A stretch of 64,000 bases of DNA from Trypanosoma brucei (Eukaryota). Positions within the stretch are counted from its first letter, which is position 1. Each line of letters opens with the position of its first letter. A model generated the notes under the pieces. That model was not told where the DNA came from. It saw only the letters and a program-made list of their open reading frames with translations, and did not search any database. Positions 22,794-32,799 of the stretch are shown here, piece by piece. The position numbers and the translations under genes were made by a program. Location: the NCBI GenBank assembly GCA_000002445.1, contig CP000071.1:1920001-1984000 (forward strand). Direction: 5' to 3'.

Positions 22794-23350
22794 TGTTTCA
22801 CGTGCAAGTATATTACTTATACCTTTTTGTCTTCATTCCAACAACATAGGAGGAAAGCAAAAGTGATATAAAGTAAAGTGGGAATGTTGGAGACAACAAA
22901 TACAGGTATGTATGTATTCATAAACATGTGCATATATTCACAATAAAATACCGGTGTAGTAATTTAGCCAAGGCACAAGCAAATACTAGCAGTAACTCCT
23001 CGTTGATATAATCATCAGGAGACACATGCGTATAAAAAAACCACACGCAAATCATATGGAATTGCAAGTAGTGCCAATAAGGAGCGACAGCGGTAAGGCG
23101 CCTGAGCATAACCACATATTTCATTACACCCAAACTTCTAGAAGGGAAATTATCCTCCTACGAGCTGGGCGATGACTACATGCCGGCTTAACACCAACCC
23201 AAGTAGAAACCTCCACATACACACACACACACACAAAGAGGGAAAACAAACCTGCACTGAACATCGTGTTGACATGTGGTAACAGCGACACACTTAGGGT
23301 GCCGGATGGGAAAAACACATCCCCGGATATAGATATATTTAAAAAAGAGA
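22794..23350 (-). repeat. Conserved ~550 bp upstream block of the array unit (copy A). It is presumed to hold the 5'UTR, the polypyrimidine/trans-splice acceptor region and the distal 3'-processing region.
   Basis: Near-identical to 25432-25990, 28136-28690 and 30765-30954. The mRNA strand is pyrimidine-rich 60-110 nt upstream of the ATG. It contains a shared (CA)8-10. Confidence 0.7.
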
Positions 23351-23646
23351 AATGAGGACATCACTTTTCGACAAGTCACATAATCTAAGGGTTGACAGTC
23401 CGTATCTTCTTCTGAGAGGAGCTTTTTTTTCCTTTTATTCCATATTGACAGGGAAAGTAAAAACATATCGATGTATTTACATGAAATGTCTCACCTTACA
23501 CAGACAAAGTATGATGACGACACGGACAGAAACTACTAATAAAGCAATAAAAATCAAATATATAACATGTAAACTCGGGAAAGTACACACAACAAGGATC
23601 GGAGTATTCCAAGGCATCCCATATAAAATAAACACATTCACTACCC

Positions 23647-25431
23647 TCATTCTCGAACGTATTCCTTATTCTCCCTCAAATCCCCTTCATCTTTTAGTTT
23701 GTTGCAACCTTCTGGATCACTCCAAATACAGGAACCACGAAGTAGTATATAGATGGACAGCGCAAACATCATACCACCCAAGAAAAGGGCAGCCGAAAGC
23801 ATCATCGCACTACCAAAGAAATCTCCACAGTGGGGCAGAGCTGTCAGCAAAGTATCAAATATGAAGTTGCATTCCAGTAGCGGGCGACCAATGGAAAGTG
23901 CAATACTTACATTAGTTGCTAATCCCGCAACGGTGACAAGTGTACCCGCCATACCTTTAGCTTCATCTCCCCTACATTTCTCTGCGCATTCTTGCAGAGT
24001 GCACGCCCTGCCATCACCTGGGCAAATCAGATAACCCCCCTTAACCTTTGTGTCACTAATGACAGCGGCAGTAAAACCAAAACTCGAACATTCAGTGGCA
24101 TCCTGAAGACCTTTTCCACATTTGAGCGGTTTATTGTTAGGACCAAGCGGCAGGCCTAGAAACTGAGAAGTTGTAGCGGGTATTAAATTCCCGCTGCCAG
24201 GAAAACGGGACTGCAACGCGTCGGCCCCAGCTGCACCAAGAGTAACATTGGCTTTATTACTGACGTTGCTGGTAACTCCGGGTATGTTGGGTCCAAATTT
24301 AGCTTCCAACTCCTTTTCGTTTTCAAAGTCCTCTGGTTTCATGTCGGGTGGGAGAGCCTTTGGGTCCAATCCGGGTGGGAGATTCCTTCCAAGAAGGGCA
24401 GCCACTCCTCCCACACCAGTTATATCACCGAGTTGTGATGTGTCATTATCACAGTACTCGAGAATTTTTGTACATGCCTTCTGCGACACATCCTTCTGGG
24501 CATTGAAAATCATCTCGTTAAGATTCGCAAAATTAAACTTTTCTTGACACATGGGTAAAGCATACAGCTGAATCAATCCCGGGCTCCGATCGTAGTGCAA
24601 AGCAACTTCACCACAGATAGTGCCGATGACGTACGACAACAGAATCATGAGAAAACCAAGCGCCATAAACAGGATTGCAAATAGCCAATATACACACGAG
24701 AGCAACCGCGGTAACCACTTGCTACAGCAGCGGAAGTAAGCGAACACAAACATGGGAACCATCACTAAAATCGCAAAAGTTCCGATGCAGAAGGAAACAG
24801 TGGGGATCCAGCGCATATACTGCTTGTAAGCTGCCCTCCCCTCATCAATATAACCCCTAGCAAGACCAAGAACACTATCTATCGTTTCGCGACTAATTCC
24901 CTCCTGTAACGACTGATTTTTACCCCAGTCAAACGCTAATTTAAGAATCTTATCTGCAGTACAGTCTAGGAAATTTATTGGATTTTCCACCGTTTTCATT
25001 ATGAGGGTAGTGGCAGCTGTCTCAAGCTGCCGGGCTCCAAAGAACACAAATGCAGCAACACCAAAAGCCCATATTGAAGCAAACATAATCCACATCCAAA
25101 GGCAGCAACGTTGTTCCTTACCTCCGTCCTTAGAGGAAGACTTGCAGCGGGAGGAACACAGGCATGTAAAGAACCAAGATATGGGGAAAGCAACTAATGT
25201 TGCCACGAGTAATAGAGCAGCCAAGGCTGGAACAAAAATATCCTCCCAATGAGATAAGATACGTTTCTTGTCCTTAATGCACGTAAGAGGGTCATTTTGA
25301 GCACTGGGCCCATCCCAGACATTGTCACAGTGAAGATTTGGAAACTTGGAATTTCCGCATTGCGTAACTGTTAACAACAGCACCAATAACACTGCAGCAT
25401 AGGAAGAGCTGCCAGTGGTAACGGAGGACAT
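23647..25431 (-). CDS. Array copy B, 594 aa: pentaspan Cys-rich membrane glycoprotein paralog.
   Basis: ATG at 25429-25431. Same N-terminus and TM pattern as copies A, C and D. Large second extracellular loop (~280 aa) with a conserved Cys framework. Confidence 0.85.
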   Translation of the reverse strand: MSSVTTGSSSYAAVLLVLLLTVTQCGNSKFPNLHCDNVWDGPSAQNDPLTCIKDKKRILSHWEDIFVPALAALLLVATLVAFPISWFFTCLCSSRCKSSSKDGGKEQRCCLWMWIMFASIWAFGVAAFVFFGARQLETAATTLIMKTVENPINFLDCTADKILKLAFDWGKNQSLQEGISRETIDSVLGLARGYIDEGRAAYKQYMRWIPTVSFCIGTFAILVMVPMFVFAYFRCCSKWLPRLLSCVYWLFAILFMALGFLMILLSYVIGTICGEVALHYDRSPGLIQLYALPMCQEKFNFANLNEMIFNAQKDVSQKACTKILEYCDNDTSQLGDITGVGGVAALLGRNLPPGLDPKALPPDMKPEDFENEKELEAKFGPNIPGVTSNVSNKANVTLGAAGADALQSRFPGSGNLIPATTSQFLGLPLGPNNKPLKCGKGLQDATECSSFGFTAAVISDTKVKGGYLICPGDGRACTLQECAEKCRGDEAKGMAGTLVTVAGLATNVSIALSIGRPLLECNFIFDTLLTALPHCGDFFGSAMMLSAALFLGGMMFALSIYILLRGSCIWSDPEGCNKLKDEGDLRENKEYVRE

Positions 25432-25990
25432 TGTTTCACGTGCAAGTATATTACTTATACCTTTTTGTCTTCATTCCAACAACATAGGAGGAAAGCAAAA
25501 GTGATATAAAGTAAAGTGGGAATGTTGGAGACAACAAATACAGGTATGTATGTATGTATTCATAAACATGTGCATATATTCACAATAAAATACCGGTGTA
25601 GTAATTTAGCCAAGGCACAAGCAAATACTAGCAGTAACTCCTCGTTGATATAATCATCAGGAGACACATGCGTATAAAAAAACCACACGCAAATCATATG
25701 GAATTGCAAGTAGTGCCAATAAGGAGCGACAGCGGTAAGGCGCCTGAGCATAACCACATATTTCATTAAACCCAAACTTCTAGAAGGGAAATTATCCTCC
25801 TACGAGCTGGGCGATGACTACATGCCGGCTTAACACCAACCCAAGTAGAAACCTCCACATACACACACACACACACACAAAGATGGAAAACAAACCTGCA
25901 CTGAACATCGTGTTGACATGTGGTAACAGCGACACACTTACAATGCGGTATGGAATAAAGGTATTGCCGAATATTTTTTAAAAAAAGAGA
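25432..25990 (-). repeat. Conserved upstream block of the array unit (copy B).
   Basis: Sequence identity to 22794-23350 and 28136-28690. Confidence 0.7.
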
Positions 25991-26287
25991 AAGCAGTAAA
26001 CAGGGAGCAATTATTTTATACCGCAACGCAATCGAAAAGTAGAAGGTTAACTCTTTCTTCTAGTTGAATTTTAGTCCTTTTTTTCCCGACACACTAATAG
26101 GTCGAGAAAAAAATAATTACGTCCGTATTTACATGAAATGTCTCACCTCACAATCGTCCCGTGAATGCGACGCAAGCAAAAACTATTAATAAAGCAATAA
26201 AAATTAAATATATGACGTGTAAACTCGGGAAAGTATACACAACCCGAATAACAGTACTCCGGGGTGTCCCATATAAAACAAACACGT

Positions 26288-28135
26288 TTACTGTTCTTCT
26301 TTCTTCCCATACCCTTCACAGTCATTGGTCTCTTCATGATTATTATTATTTTTTTTTCCGCAATCCTCTTCATCCTCATCCTCATACTCCTCTTCTTCGT
26401 CTTCATCTTGACTTTTCAAATTAGTCCAAATACAGGAACCACGAAGTAGTATATAGATGGACAGCGCAAACATCATACCACCCAGGAAAAATCCAACAGC
26501 AAGCATCATCGTGCTGCCAAAAATGTCGGCACAGTTAGGCAAAGCTGTCAGTACGGTATCAAATATGAAGTTGCATTCCAGTAGCGGACGACCAATGGAA
26601 AGTGCAATACTTACATTAGTTGCTAATCCTGCAATAGTAACAAGTTTATTTGCCATTTCCTTAGCTTCATTCCTTCCACAGCTAGTCGCACATTCTTGCA
26701 GAGTGCATGCCCTGCCAACCTCTGGGCAGACGAAAAGCTTCCCTTTAACCTTTGTGTCACTGATGACAGCAGCAGTAAAACCAAAACTCGAACATTCAGT
26801 GGCATTCTTAAGATCCTTTCCACATTTCAGGTACTTCTCAGATGAATGAGGTAATGCACGGTAAAGCTCAGAGAGTTTAGCGTGTGCTAGGTCCCCATTG
26901 CCTTCACGAGGGTACCGCAACCCACCAGTCCCAGCTGCAACGAGAGGGAAATCACGCCGGGTGTTAGGATTACCAGCGACTCCGGGTATGTTGGGTCCAA
27001 ATTTAGCTTCCAATTCTCTTTCGTTTTCAAAGTCCTCTGGTTTCAAGTTAGCTGGTAGAGATTTTGGGTCCAATCCGGGTGGGAGATTCCTTCCAAGAAG
27101 GGCAGCCACTCCTCCCACACCAGTTATATCACCGAGTTCAGATGCATCTCCATCACAGTACTCGAGAATTTGTTCACATGCCTTCTGCGACACATCCTTC
27201 TGGGCATTGAAAACCATCTCGTTAAGATTGGCAAAATTAAACTTTTCTTGACACATGGGTAAAGCATACCATTGAATCAATCCCGGGCTCCGATCGTAGT
27301 GCAAAGCAATTTCACCACAGATGGATCCAACAGCGTACGACAACAGAATCATGAGAAAACCAAGCGCCATAAACAGGATTGCAAATAGCCAATAAACACA
27401 CGAGAGCAACCGCGGTAACCACTTGCTACAGCAGTGAAAGTAAGCGAACACAAACATGGGAACGATCAAGGAAACCGCAAAAGTTCCGATGCAGAAAGAA
27501 ACAGTGGGAACCCAATGTACGTATTGTTCATAGGTTGCCCTCCCCTCCCGAACATAACCCCTAGCAAGACCAACAACACTATCTATCGTTTCGCGACTAA
27601 TTCCATTCTGTAACGGCCGCTTTGCACTCCAGTCATACGCTAAATCAAGAATCTTATCTGCAGTACAGTCTAGGAAATTTATTGGATTTTCCACCGTTTT
27701 CATTATGAGGGTAGTGGCAGCTGTCTCAAGCTGCCGGGCTCCAAAGAACACAAATGCAGCAACACCAAAAGCCCATATTAAAGCAAACATAATCCACATC
27801 CAAAGGCAGCAACGTTGTTCCTTACCTCCGTCCTTAGAGGAAGGCTTGCAACGGGAGGAACACAGGCATGTAAGAAAGCAAGATATGGGGAAAGCAACTA
27901 ATGTTGCCACGATAATGAAAGCAGCAGCAACCGGAAATGCAATCTTCTGCCATTGGCCTTTCATGAGATCTGCATCTTTCAGACACTTCATAATTTCATT
28001 TTGAGCACTGGGCCCATCCCAGACATTGTCACAGTGAAGATTTGGAAACTTGGAGTTTCCGCATTGCGTAACTGTTAACAACAGCACCAATAACACTGCA
28101 GCATAGAAAGAGCTGCCAGTGGTAACGGAGGACAT
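26288..28135 (-). CDS. Array copy C, 615 aa: pentaspan Cys-rich membrane glycoprotein paralog with an acidic C-terminal tail.
   Basis: ATG at 28133-28135. TM helices lie at ~66-90, 111-133, 211-233, 244-270 and 555-580. Tail: 'QDEDEEEEYEDEDEED'. Confidence 0.85.
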   Translation of the reverse strand: MSSVTTGSSFYAAVLLVLLLTVTQCGNSKFPNLHCDNVWDGPSAQNEIMKCLKDADLMKGQWQKIAFPVAAAFIIVATLVAFPISCFLTCLCSSRCKPSSKDGGKEQRCCLWMWIMFALIWAFGVAAFVFFGARQLETAATTLIMKTVENPINFLDCTADKILDLAYDWSAKRPLQNGISRETIDSVVGLARGYVREGRATYEQYVHWVPTVSFCIGTFAVSLIVPMFVFAYFHCCSKWLPRLLSCVYWLFAILFMALGFLMILLSYAVGSICGEIALHYDRSPGLIQWYALPMCQEKFNFANLNEMVFNAQKDVSQKACEQILEYCDGDASELGDITGVGGVAALLGRNLPPGLDPKSLPANLKPEDFENERELEAKFGPNIPGVAGNPNTRRDFPLVAAGTGGLRYPREGNGDLAHAKLSELYRALPHSSEKYLKCGKDLKNATECSSFGFTAAVISDTKVKGKLFVCPEVGRACTLQECATSCGRNEAKEMANKLVTIAGLATNVSIALSIGRPLLECNFIFDTVLTALPNCADIFGSTMMLAVGFFLGGMMFALSIYILLRGSCIWTNLKSQDEDEEEEYEDEDEEDCGKKNNNNHEETNDCEGYGKKEEQ

Positions 28136-28690
28136 TGTTTCACGTGCAAGTATATTACTTATACCTTTTTGTCTTCATTCCAACAACATAGGAGGAAAGC
28201 AAAAGTGATATAAAGTAAAGTGGGAATGTTGGAGACAACAAATACAGGTATGTATGTATTCATAAACATGTGCATATATTCACAATAAAATACCGGTGTA
28301 GTAATTTAGCCAAGGCACAAGCAAATACTAGCAGTAACTCCTCGTTGATATAATCATCAGGAGACACATGCGTATAAAAAAACCACACGCAAATCATATG
28401 GAATTGCAAGTAGTGCCAATAAGGAGCGACAGCGGTAAGGCGCCTGAGCATAACCACATATTTCATTACACCCAAACTTCTAGAAGGGAAATTATCCTCC
28501 TACGAGCTGGGCGATGACTACATGCCGGCTTAACACCAACCCAAGTAGAAACCTCCACATACACACACACACACACAAAGAGGGAAAACAAACCTGCACT
28601 GAACATCGTGTTGACATGTGGTAACAGCGACACACTTAGGGTGCCAGATGGGAAAAACACATCCCCGGATATAGATATATTTCTTAAAAG
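28136..28690 (-). repeat. Conserved upstream block of the array unit (copy C).
   Basis: Sequence identity to 22794-23350 and 25432-25990. Confidence 0.7.
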
Positions 28691-28979
28691 AGAAAGCAGT
28701 AAACAAGGAATTTTTTTCCACAGCTAATTTAGGGAGAAAAAGTCAATGTTTTCTTCCGACCGAAACATATATTCCCTTTTTACCCATACTGACAGGGAAA
28801 GTAAACACATATCTCTGTATTTACATGAAATGTCTCACCTCACAATCGTCCCGTGAATGCGACGCAAGCAAAAACTATTAATAAAGCAATAAAAATTAAA
28901 TATGTAACGTGTAAACTCGGGAAAGTACACACAACCCGAATAACAGTACTCCGGGGTGTCCCCCATCCAGTACACGCAA

Positions 28980-30764
28980 TTATTTCCTTGCAGGGCTTTT
29001 GTCAGACTCCCTTTTGTTCTCAGAGTCCTTCTCTTCATCTTCATCCCATCTTTTCAGATCACTCCAAACACAAGATCCACGAAGTAGTATATAGATGGAC
29101 AGCGCAAACATCATACCACCCAAGAAAAATCCAAGACCAAGCATCATCGTTCCCCAATACAAACCGTCACAGTTAGGCAGAGCAGTCAGTACGGTATCAA
29201 ATATGAAGTTGCATTCCAACAGCGGGCGACCAATCGAAAGCCCAATGCTTACATTAACTGCGAGTTGAGCAGCACCCACAAGTGTTTTTGCAATGTTTTG
29301 TGCGTCCGGAACTTTACACTTATCTGCACAAACTTGCAGACTGCAGGGTCTGCCACCATCCGGACAAACCATATAACCCCCCTTAACTTTTGTTCCACTG
29401 ATGACCGCGGCGGTGAAACCAAAGGTTGAACATTCTTCTTTGCTTCCAACCCCCTGGCCACATGTCAGCATCTTATTGCTAGGGCCAAATGGCAGTTGGG
29501 GGAACTGAGTCGCCTTGGCACCAATTACATCCCTCATGTTCCCCGGTAGTGAACCATCAGGGGGAACGCTGCCTTCATAGCGGCGTGGAATCTTCTCCTT
29601 ATCATTAACTCCTGGGATATGTGACTCCAATAAGCTGTCCAAACCCTTTTCGTCTTCAAAGTCCTCTGGTTTCACTCCAGGTGGGAGAGCCTTTGGGTCC
29701 AATCCGGGTGGGAGATTCCTTCCAAGAAGAGCAGCCAGCCCTCCTGTGCCGGTTTGATCACCGAGTTGTGATGTGTCATTATCACAGTACTTGAGAATTT
29801 CTTCACATGCCTTCTGCGACACATCCTTCTGGGCATCTAAAATCATTTTGTTAAGATTCGCAAAATTAAACTTTTCTTCACACATGGGTAAAGCATACCA
29901 TTGAATCAATCCCGGGCTCCGATCGTAGTGCAAAGTTATTTCCCCGCAGACGAGACCGAAGGCATACGCCAACAATAGAATTACTAAACCAAGCGCCGTA
30001 AACAGGATTGCAAATAGCCAATATACACACGAGAGCAACCGCGGTAACCACTTGCTACAGCAGCGGAAGTAAGCAAACATAAACATGGGAACCATCACTA
30101 AGACCGCAAAAGCTCCGATGCAGAAAGAAACAGTGGGAACCCAATGTACGTACTGATCGTAATACCCTTTCGCCATGGTAATGTAACTCCTCGCCATGTC
30201 AACGGTGCTATCTATTGTTTCCCGGCCAATTCCCTCCCGCAGTGGCTCTCCTGTCCTCCAGTCATACGCTAAACCAAGAATCTTATCCGCGGTACACCTG
30301 AGGGAATTCAGCGGTCTGTTAACCCGGTGAGATAGCAAATCGTCCAACGTTATCTTAAGCTGCTGTGCTCCAAATAAAACGAAGACAGCAACACCAAAAG
30401 CCCATATAAAAGCAAACGCAATCCACATCCAAAGGCAGCAACGTTGTTTCCTACCTCTGTCCTTAGAGGAAGGCTTGCAACAAGAGGAACACAGGCATGT
30501 GGAGAAAAAGGTCAGTGGAAAAATGACCACGATTAAGGCGAGAAGTAAACCAGCCAAAACTGGTAACAAAATATCCTCCCAATGAGATAAGATACGTGTC
30601 TTGTCCTTAATGCACGTAAGAGGGTCATTTTGAGCACTGCGTGTAGTCCACAATTTCTGGCAGCCGAGATTTGGAAACTTGGAATTTCCGCATTGCGTAA
30701 CTGTTAACAGCAGCACCAATAACACTGCAGCATAGGAAGAGCTGCCAGTGGTAACGGAGGACAT
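28980..30764 (-). CDS. Array copy D, 594 aa: pentaspan Cys-rich membrane glycoprotein paralog.
   Basis: ATG at 30762-30764. Same architecture as copies A-C. The N-terminal ectodomain segment differs ('NLGCQKLWTTRSAQ'). Confidence 0.85.
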   Translation of the reverse strand: MSSVTTGSSSYAAVLLVLLLTVTQCGNSKFPNLGCQKLWTTRSAQNDPLTCIKDKTRILSHWEDILLPVLAGLLLALIVVIFPLTFFSTCLCSSCCKPSSKDRGRKQRCCLWMWIAFAFIWAFGVAVFVLFGAQQLKITLDDLLSHRVNRPLNSLRCTADKILGLAYDWRTGEPLREGIGRETIDSTVDMARSYITMAKGYYDQYVHWVPTVSFCIGAFAVLVMVPMFMFAYFRCCSKWLPRLLSCVYWLFAILFTALGLVILLLAYAFGLVCGEITLHYDRSPGLIQWYALPMCEEKFNFANLNKMILDAQKDVSQKACEEILKYCDNDTSQLGDQTGTGGLAALLGRNLPPGLDPKALPPGVKPEDFEDEKGLDSLLESHIPGVNDKEKIPRRYEGSVPPDGSLPGNMRDVIGAKATQFPQLPFGPSNKMLTCGQGVGSKEECSTFGFTAAVISGTKVKGGYMVCPDGGRPCSLQVCADKCKVPDAQNIAKTLVGAAQLAVNVSIGLSIGRPLLECNFIFDTVLTALPNCDGLYWGTMMLGLGFFLGGMMFALSIYILLRGSCVWSDLKRWDEDEEKDSENKRESDKSPARK

Positions 30765-30954
30765 TGTTTCACGTGCAAGTATATTACTTATACCTTTTTG
30801 TCTTCATTCCAACAACATAGGAGGAAAGCAAAAGTGATATAAAGTAAAGTGAGAATGTTGGAGACAACAAATACAGGTATGTATGTATTCATAAACATGT
30901 GCATATATTCAATAAAATACCGGTGTAGCAATTTAGCCAAGGCACAAGCAAATG
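30765..30954 (-). repeat. Truncated conserved upstream block of the array unit (copy D). It ends at the stop codon of the Mus81-like gene.
   Basis: Identical to the other copies for ~190 bp. It then diverges exactly where the upstream gene's CDS ends (30955). Confidence 0.7.
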
Positions 30955-32799
30955 CTAGCAGTAACTCCTCGTCAATATAAATTTTGTTAGACACAAATAT
31001 ACTTCTTTTTGTGGCTTCGTCAGGCGATGTATATCTGGGTCAGCGTCGCAGGCATCTACTCCTTGGTATTTCAGCCGGCGCCACAGCCCCAACAGAGAAC
31101 CATACTTCGACGCGAGCTGAATTGCCAGAGGTGCAGAGCAACCCCTTATACACATAAGCATGCGGGGAAATGTAGTCCGAGCCTGGATATCCTTTCTTAT
31201 TTTGTTGATGTATTGTAGGCATTCAGTGCAGTTAGTTACCAACGTTTCTGGGCATTGTTCCATTTTAGTTTTGCACAGTATTGAGCCTACTGACTTCCCA
31301 AGGCTACGGAGAAAGGTGGCTGTTTCAGACAAATGACGTGTCCACACGACACGGAAACGTGGAAGAGACGCAAGCGAGGCACAAGCAGAAAGAACCCGCC
31401 GTCGCTCCTCAACCGTGATGGACTCCATTGTTCCCTCCACAACCCACACAACAGAACGGAAAGGGGACGATGACAGCAGTTGCCGCTGCTCGTAGTAACG
31501 TGAAGAGGTAATGCTGGCACAAAGATCCTTTACTGTTTTCCTTTCCACCACAAGGAATGAGATTTTTTGCGTCTGTCCGTACATTGCCCCTTCACGAAGA
31601 ACAGTGCAACCGGCAGCGTTGCGGCATTGATAATCCGGCACGTTCGCCGAGTTTGCTGAGCACCCAACATTAGGTGAATTGATTCCTATCATAAAGTCTC
31701 CGCACGGGAGGGTGCATGAAACACTAGGCGCGCCGGCGCGGGAACATACTTCGATTAGGTTTTCGTGTGCACCCTTGATGCGTTCGCGGTTATCAACGAG
31801 AAGGTGCCAAGAATAGTTGTTGGAGCAACCCTCTTCTTTAGGCGTCTCGTTTTCATCAGCATCTATATCAGTAGTATTTGTCGGCATGCTGGGTGTTGAA
31901 TGCACCAGCTTCCTTTCCCTCTGCTGGGAGGCAACAAACTCCTTTGGAGTTCCTAGAAGTCGGCCCTGTGGTTCTGACCCTCCTTCCGCCAACGAAGTAG
32001 TTGGTGCAATGTCGGTGTTGGGTGAACGGAACAACGTCCTGAGGCGTTGACCGTGTCGGATCATATCGCTTACTGTTGAAGTGTGCCCTGCAGAGCTCAT
32101 AGATCTGGAGCACCTTTCCGAATCCTCCCTGAGGTGGGACAACACCTCAGCTTGAGAATCAGGAACATATCGTGGTTTCGGTGAAGTCTCCGCAAGCTTA
32201 GAGGCGCCGTGTTTACGGAGCCTCGCGATGAGATGCACTTTGGTTCCACTACCCAAGAGGCCTTTGGACAAACATCGATCGCGCAGCTCCCTCCAACTGA
32301 GTTTTTCCTCCGGTAGTGGCTCACCACTTTGACAACCGGTGGTTGAAGAATGCATTAAACTCGTACCCGCTTCCCCACGAGAGTTATGGAGCTGGTCAAA
32401 GTGCCAGTCAGAATTGCCACTCCACACTGCCGGCTGGCCAGAGAGTAAAGGGGGACCACCTTCTGTGCGCTGCATTTTAAAACAGCGGAATGGCGAGAAG
32501 GGGAAGCTAACGGACCTCCTCAGCGCAGCAACAGAAACCTCGCCGTCTCGTGCAAGCATTTCATCATTCGTAGAGTTGTCATCGCCCAAAACTTCTCGAC
32601 CGTGGCGGGGGGCCAACATTGCGCAGAACGCTTCCGTCGCACGAACGGCCTCTGGACAACTGCCATGAAGCTGCGTCCCAGCGGCGCCACTGCTAATTGG
32701 CAGTGGATATCGCCTCAACGCGGCGCAAAATTCTGGAAAGCGCTGAGGCCATCTACGCTCAATATACGAGGCAATTCTTTCGTTATGGCTGTTCGGCAT
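30955..32799 (-). CDS. ERCC4-family structure-specific endonuclease with a SAP-like motif and C-terminal HhH region; Mus81-like.
   Basis: ERCC4 catalytic motifs 'LLVDNRERIKG' and 'FLVVERKTVKDLCASI'. SAP-like 'LSWRELRDRCLSKGLLGSGTKVHLIARLRKHG'. The ~614 aa size fits Mus81 rather than XPF. The track start at 32829 is TTG; the first ATG is at 32799 (MPNSHNER...). Confidence 0.65.
   Translation of the reverse strand: MPNSHNERIASYIERRWPQRFPEFCAALRRYPLPISSGAAGTQLHGSCPEAVRATEAFCAMLAPRHGREVLGDDNSTNDEMLARDGEVSVAALRRSVSFPFSPFRCFKMQRTEGGPPLLSGQPAVWSGNSDWHFDQLHNSRGEAGTSLMHSSTTGCQSGEPLPEEKLSWRELRDRCLSKGLLGSGTKVHLIARLRKHGASKLAETSPKPRYVPDSQAEVLSHLREDSERCSRSMSSAGHTSTVSDMIRHGQRLRTLFRSPNTDIAPTTSLAEGGSEPQGRLLGTPKEFVASQQRERKLVHSTPSMPTNTTDIDADENETPKEEGCSNNYSWHLLVDNRERIKGAHENLIEVCSRAGAPSVSCTLPCGDFMIGINSPNVGCSANSANVPDYQCRNAAGCTVLREGAMYGQTQKISFLVVERKTVKDLCASITSSRYYEQRQLLSSSPFRSVVWVVEGTMESITVEERRRVLSACASLASLPRFRVVWTRHLSETATFLRSLGKSVGSILCKTKMEQCPETLVTNCTECLQYINKIRKDIQARTTFPRMLMCIRGCSAPLAIQLASKYGSLLGLWRRLKYQGVDACDADPDIHRLTKPQKEVYLCLTKFILTRSYC

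Noticed and set aside
22918-23133. Identical 71-aa minus-strand ORF 'MGVMKYVVMLRRLTAVAPYWHYLQ...' repeated at 25560-25775 and 28260-28475, plus a variant at 30788-30994.
   Set aside because: Its conservation is explained by its location inside the homogenised upstream block of the array. It is a short, Cys/His-poor hydrophobic peptide. Its reading frame runs into the Mus81-like stop in copy D, which shows it is not under independent coding constraint.
23352-23864. Plus-strand ORFs in the array 3'UTR regions (23352-23864, 26161-26424, 28853-29176).
   Set aside because: They lie antisense to, or in the 3'UTR of, array genes. They are poorly conserved between units at the protein level.
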